NCBI GenBank assembly: GCA_043822705.1
Contig: JBDRBK010000099.1
Coordinates: 1-41,874, forward strand
Reading direction: 5' to 3'
DNA: 41,874 nucleotides
Origin: Fidelibacterota bacterium
GTDB lineage: Bacteria > Fidelibacterota > Marinisomatia > Marinisomatales > TCS56
Shown: positions 37,772-41,874 of the stretch, piece after piece
Layout of the letters: the number at the start of each line of letters is the position of its first letter
Numbering within the stretch: position 1 is the first letter of the stretch
Made by a program: the position numbers and the translations under genes
Notes under the pieces: model-generated
Databases searched by the model: none
The model's input: only the letters and a program-made list of their open reading frames with translations
What the model was told of the DNA's origin: nothing

Positions 37772-37897
37772 AGTGTATATTACCTGTATTGTATTATGCA
37801 GAAATTAGCTGGTATTCAATACATCGTGCAAGAATAATGGATCGAATATCCTGTTATTCACTTCCACTATTTCAGACTCCCAAGTCGTAATATTCAC

Positions 37898-37926
37898 TTG
37901 ATTGCAGCGATCAGGAACTATAAGTT
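37898..37926 (+). promoter_or_regulatory. Putative promoter of rrf2-usp-rrf2
   Basis: TTGATT-N17-TAAGTT, the same hexamers as the perR promoter. Confidence 0.5.
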
Positions 37927-37954
37927 CAAATAAGATAATAAAGTCCGAATTAAA

Positions 37955-38422
37955 ATGCTTTACTCAAAATCAGCCGAATATGCCATCCAGGCGATGATCT
38001 ACCTGGCGGAAAAAAATTCTCCAAGTCCGGTCATGATCAGTGAAATCGCCAAAGCCTATAAAATACCACAGCAATTTCTTGCCAAAATCGCCCAGATACT
38101 GGTGCGCCATCGGCTTCTGATCGCGGTCCGCGGTCGTAACGGCGGTGTAAATCTGGGGCGGTCCGCAGCGGATATTTACATCCATCAGGTAGTCCAGGCG
38201 GTTGATGGTCCCCCGCCCGAACATGAACAATGCGCCATCGGACTTGATTACTGCTCCGATGAACAGCCCTGTCCGCTGCACGATAAATGGTCGGTAATCC
38301 GGGAACAGATCAAGGAGATGTTAGAGTCGGAAAATCTCGAACATCTTGCCAAACAGGTGATCGAAAAACGGATTGCCATGCGCGAACTGGGCCTGGAAGA
38401 ATTGATCGGTGCCATCAAGTAA
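37955..38422 (+). CDS. Rrf2-family transcriptional regulator with Fe-S ligands
   Basis: SKSAEYAIQA, VRGRNGG and CAIGLDYCSDEQPCPLH. Confidence 0.92.
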   Translation: MLYSKSAEYAIQAMIYLAEKNSPSPVMISEIAKAYKIPQQFLAKIAQILVRHRLLIAVRGRNGGVNLGRSAADIYIHQVVQAVDGPPPEHEQCAIGLDYCSDEQPCPLHDKWSVIREQIKEMLESENLEHLAKQVIEKRIAMRELGLEELIGAIK

Positions 38423-38446
38423 TGATTAATAAAACATTAGTCGCCT

Positions 38447-38917
38447 ATGGAAACACAATTTAACATTTCAAAAATCCTGGTAACCACTGATTTTTCCAAT
38501 TATTCCCGTTCCGCCTTTCCCAAAGCAATCACCCTGGCCCGCCAATTTGATGCATCGATCCTGTTACTGCACGTCATTCAACCGGTAATAACACCTTCCG
38601 AATATACCTGGGGAATCCAGCCGATCGAGCTCCAGCATGAGCATGAACAGCATTGCGAACAAGCGCTCCAGAAGCTCATCAGCGACTATTTTCCAGACGA
38701 TTTGCAGGTTGCCGGCCGGATCGTGCACGGCATCCCGTTCAAGGAAGTCATCGAAATCAGCCGCAGTGAAAATGTGGACCTGATTATTATTGCGACCCAT
38801 GGACTGAGCGGCCTCAGCCACATTCTGTTCGGCAGCACGGCGGAAAAAATCGTCCGCAAATCAGCCTGTCCGGTCCTGGTCGTTCGCGATCCCGCCCATA
38901 AATTCGAAATGCCCTGA
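38447..38917 (+). CDS. Universal stress protein (UspA family)
   Basis: KILVTTDFS and DLIIIATHGLSGLSHILFGSTAEKIVRKSACPVLVV. Confidence 0.93.
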   Translation: METQFNISKILVTTDFSNYSRSAFPKAITLARQFDASILLLHVIQPVITPSEYTWGIQPIELQHEHEQHCEQALQKLISDYFPDDLQVAGRIVHGIPFKEVIEISRSENVDLIIIATHGLSGLSHILFGSTAEKIVRKSACPVLVVRDPAHKFEMP

Positions 38918-38927
38918 TCCTGCGCTG

Positions 38928-39335
38928 ATGCTGATTACGCGGTCATCCGAGTACGCCATCGAACTGGTGATTTATCTGGTCAACTGGGAATCGGACTCGT
39001 ATGCACCGCTGCATCAGATTGCCGAAAAAACCGACCTTTCGTTTCATTTCCTGGGGAAAATCTCACAGATTCTAGTTCGTCACAATCTGCTGAAAACGTA
39101 CCGCGGTCCCAACGGCGGTGTCGCCCTGGCGCGACCGACCAATGAAATCACCCTGTTCGATATCGTAAACGCGGTCGAAGGCGATGCCTTTCTCAACCAG
39201 TGCTTCCTGCGGCCGAATAAATGCGCCCATGAAAAACCCTGTCCGATTCACCAGGTCTGGGCCAAGGTCCGGGAAGACCTGCGTAATGTGTTCCTGACCG
39301 TAACGATTGACGAATTCAAAAATCATAATCATTAG
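38928..39335 (+). CDS. Second Rrf2-family regulator with Fe-S ligands
   Basis: TRSSEYAI, YRGPNGG and CFLRPNKCAHEKPCPIH. Confidence 0.9.
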   Translation: MLITRSSEYAIELVIYLVNWESDSYAPLHQIAEKTDLSFHFLGKISQILVRHNLLKTYRGPNGGVALARPTNEITLFDIVNAVEGDAFLNQCFLRPNKCAHEKPCPIHQVWAKVREDLRNVFLTVTIDEFKNHNH

Positions 39336-39590
39336 ATAACGATTAGGGGCAATACTCTCACGCTGCCCCCATCCTGGAAAATTATCGTTTTCGCCCCCTA
39401 TCCCGTTCTGATTTCAACCACCGCTGACCAAAATACCCGGCGACAGCCTGCAGGAAAAATACTCCAATTTCAAAACCTCCCTTCGGATCATCATGGTCCG
39501 ACTCCCGGTCTAAGTTATCTGGAACAACTGCTTGTACCGTCAATTGATTCTTATTGCGGACTCTTTTTTCAGATTTGATCATTTGCGGGC

Positions 39591-39619
39591 TTGACATTCT
39601 GGTGAGCAACCTGTAAGAT
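39591..39619 (+). promoter_or_regulatory. Near-consensus sigma70-type promoter with no downstream ORF
   Basis: TTGACA-N17-TAAGAT. Confidence 0.7.
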
Positions 39620-39624
39620 AGGGT

Positions 39625-39722
39625 TCCCGAACGGGTGCAACGCCCGTTACCGGCTCGCAGAGTTCCCATACCGGTGAGCCATATAAGGCCAGCCAGCCCA
39701 TCCCGCTGCTGGCCTTTTCTTT
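39625..39722 (+). ncRNA. Candidate ~100-nt structured small RNA of unrecognised family
   Basis: Lies between a strong promoter and an intrinsic terminator (AAGGCCAGC/GCTGGCCTT + TTCTTT); hairpins AACGGG/CCCGTT and GGCTCGC/GTGAGCC. Confidence 0.55.
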
Positions 39723-40168
39723 ATAGCAGCGTTTACAGTTCAACTTACAGTATCAGTTACAACCTGCTATTATTCATCATCGGGTTCTTGCGGTTTTGAA
39801 GGCCACATTAGTTTTATTTGAACCGGCAATGCTTACATACTGCCATCGTCCTGGACAATTATCATTATAGATCTTCATCACATTCTGATCTCCACCAACG
39901 ACAGGTGAAATGACTAGCGGTCAGCAGCAGGAAAATGCTCCAATTTTGAAGTTTTCCCGTGGATTATCCTGATCGAATTCCAGGTCACAGTAATTTGAAC
40001 CACCTATTTGTTCATTGCATTGGAACAGTGTTCATCTTCAGGATTCAGTACTTAAAAACCATGAAAAGAGCAGCACAGTGATAGTAGCAAGTTGAGCTTA
40101 ATTACATTGCAAAGTAAATTGCAAATCAGATCACATTGTCTCTTGTAAGCTACTTAATAACAAAAGTG

Positions 40169-40251
40169 TACCGGGGAAGGGACTCGAACCCTCACGACCA
40201 AAGATCACCAGATCCTAAGTCTGACGCGTCTACCAGTTCCGCCACCCCGGT
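40169..40251 (-). tRNA. trnL: tRNA-Leu(TAG)
   Basis: Acceptor stem ACCGGGG/CCCCGGT plus A discriminator; D-arm GGCGGAACTGGTAGACGC; anticodon arm TCAGA-CTTAGGA-TCTGG; long variable arm; GGTTCGAGTCC; CCA not encoded. Confidence 0.96.
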
Positions 40252-40337
40252 ATAGTCGGATAATATCCCTGTAAAAAGCACCGGAAGTTAAGACAATCTG
40301 CGGTTGTCTAAAACAACCGCCGGCCGAAAATCGCCGG

Positions 40338-41874
40338 TTATTTGACCAGCAACATCTTGCGGATCGCCGTATTCTCGTTGGCTTTCAGGCGATAGAGATA
40401 AATCCCGGTGCCCACCAACTGTCCGGATTTATTTTTACCATCCCAATCGACGGACCACTCTCCCGCCTCTTGAATCTGGTTCACCAGCGTAATGACCTCG
40501 CGCCCCATCATGTCAAAAACCGTTAGCCTGACCTGGGAGTTTTCAACAATATCATAGCGTATCGTCGTCACCGGATTGAAAGGATTCGGGTAATTCGGAT
40601 GCAGGGCGAATTTGTCCGGAATCGCGGGACTCGCTTCGGTGGCGACCGCGGTCAGATATATTTCGTACCCGGCGGTGATCGTCGACAACGGTTCGTTATT
40701 CTGACCTAGTGCTTGCGAGGAGGCGATAATAACCAGCAAATCTTCCGGAACCGCAGCTACATCAAATTCGAATTCGATTTTCAAAAACGGACCGGCTGCT
40801 GGTGACAGCCCCGCCGGACCGGTCACGCTGACGAATCCGCTGCCGTTATCCCGTTCGCCGGTGGTATCGCTGACAATTACATCCGGCCAGACACCCTCCG
40901 GCAGCGGATACACACCGGTCACGGTTAAAACTTCCGGCAAATCGAACAGCTCGAACGAGGCGGCCGTCAGCATGGTTCGGTTGATCACCTGAATTTCGAA
41001 TGCACCACGGCCGTTGGACCAGTCCAGATCCAGGTTCATAATTGAAAAAACGGCATCCGGTTCACCCAGGCTGACCGGATTGACAATAATTTCCGTGTAC
41101 AACCGGCTGCTGTCAGTACCAATCAACTCGGTCGTTACTGCCGGCCAGTCGACAACAATGGTCGTATCGGCGGCGGCCCGGACCACCAGCAGATCGGCGA
41201 TCCGCCGGATTCCCGGCAACAGCGGGTTGGCATTTGACAGATCGTTCGCCGAAAACATAAAAACACTATCCTGATAGCTGCTGGACCAGTTCCAGCCGGT
41301 CCAGTCCAGATTGGTGACGCGTTCGATTTTTATTCCCGTCACCGCCGCGGCCACCCCGGCCAATTCCACCTGCAAACCAGCGACCGGCAGCAGATTATGA
41401 AGCACCAGCACCACCCGGGCGGTATCGCCGCCGACGGCTCCGCCGATCACCAGCGTCTGGGTGTCAACCTGAATTTCAAATCCGGCCCCGGTCTGGGTCC
41501 ACTTGATGCCGGTCCCGGCTGCGTCCCGGATATCGGCTGCGGTTATATCGAGGGCGACGATAGTCGGTTCAGCCGCCTGCGCGCGAAATACCAGCCGGCA
41601 GACCGCCCCTGCACCGGCCGCCAGCAAATTACCCGAACCAGCGGCACTGATCTGTGCCGGGCCGGTCCCCGGATCAGTACTGGTAAAACTGAACCCGGTC
41701 ATGCGCTCGGTGACCAGGACGGTGTCGATCCGCAGATAATCGGGCCAGTCCGCCACAGTCAGTGTGAATGCGGAAATTTCACTTTCATTGTTGAAAAACA
41801 CGTCCACGGTGTCGGTGAATCCCGACCGGGCGCTACCGCTGCCAAGCAGCAGTTCGATCCATTCTTCCGGCCGG
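40338..41874 (-). CDS. Secreted protein with cohesin-like beta-sandwich repeats and a FlgD/T9SS-type C-terminal sorting domain; 5' end outside the window
   Basis: The frame stays open to the window end (RPEEWIELLLGSG...). C-terminus FALHPNYPNPFNPVTTIRY...WDGKNKSGQLVGTGIYLYRL...RKMLLVK. Confidence 0.85.
   Translation of the reverse strand, partial: RPEEWIELLLGSGSARSGFTDTVDVFFNNESEISAFTLTVADWPDYLRIDTVLVTERMTGFSFTSTDPGTGPAQISAAGSGNLLAAGAGAVCRLVFRAQAAEPTIVALDITAADIRDAAGTGIKWTQTGAGFEIQVDTQTLVIGGAVGGDTARVVLVLHNLLPVAGLQVELAGVAAAVTGIKIERVTNLDWTGWNWSSSYQDSVFMFSANDLSNANPLLPGIRRIADLLVVRAAADTTIVVDWPAVTTELIGTDSSRLYTEIIVNPVSLGEPDAVFSIMNLDLDWSNGRGAFEIQVINRTMLTAASFELFDLPEVLTVTGVYPLPEGVWPDVIVSDTTGERDNGSGFVSVTGPAGLSPAAGPFLKIEFEFDVAAVPEDLLVIIASSQALGQNNEPLSTITAGYEIYLTAVATEASPAIPDKFALHPNYPNPFNPVTTIRYDIVENSQVRLTVFDMMGREVITLVNQIQEAGEWSVDWDGKNKSGQLVGTGIYLYRLKANENTAIRKMLLVK

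Noticed and set aside
39382..39669. 95-aa minus-strand ORF
   Set aside because: No recognisable motifs; overlaps the strong plus-strand promoter and structured RNA candidate
1..41874. CRISPR arrays, transposases, integrases, prophage or defence genes
   Set aside because: No regularly spaced direct repeats or such protein motifs were seen; the repeated TGGCA/TGACA words are just CxxCH codons on the minus strand

Overview
A 41.9 kb bacterial window, probably from an FCB-superphylum lineage such as Marinisomatota or Calditrichota. This is an inference from the NYPNPFNP/FlgD-type C-terminal sorting domain and promoters with TAAnTT -10 boxes. The window is dominated by redox sensing and electron transfer. 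From left to right: (1) a partial GAF/HD-GYP phosphodiesterase, an SDR fused to a globin-like tail, and a DUF134-NifX pair; (2) a nine-gene run in which a FixL-like heme-PAS hybrid kinase, Hpt, receivers and an Hpt-REC-GGEEF-REC diguanylate cyclase lead directly into a HEAT/GT2/TPR-YaiO exopolysaccharide module; (3) a two-subunit CoA-transferase and a methyltransferase that looks like a stranded integron cassette; (4) perR-ahpC-sodB; (5) an AT-richer block with a clear sigma54 promoter and enhancer sites driving three lipoyl-lysine-less GcvH-like proteins, a HybA/HybB(NrfD)-like pair with no catalytic subunit, a two-component system and an archaemetzincin; (6) a porin-multiheme cytochrome cluster with 43 CxxCH motifs in four proteins, two of them CbcL-like c+b fusions, headed by a frameshifted lipoprotein-cytochrome remnant that the ORF track missed; (7) a Cys-rich MerR, two Rrf2 regulators and a USP; (8) an orphan ~100-nt structured RNA candidate, tRNA-Leu(TAG) and a partial secreted protein. 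All calls come from reading motifs by eye; no searches were run.
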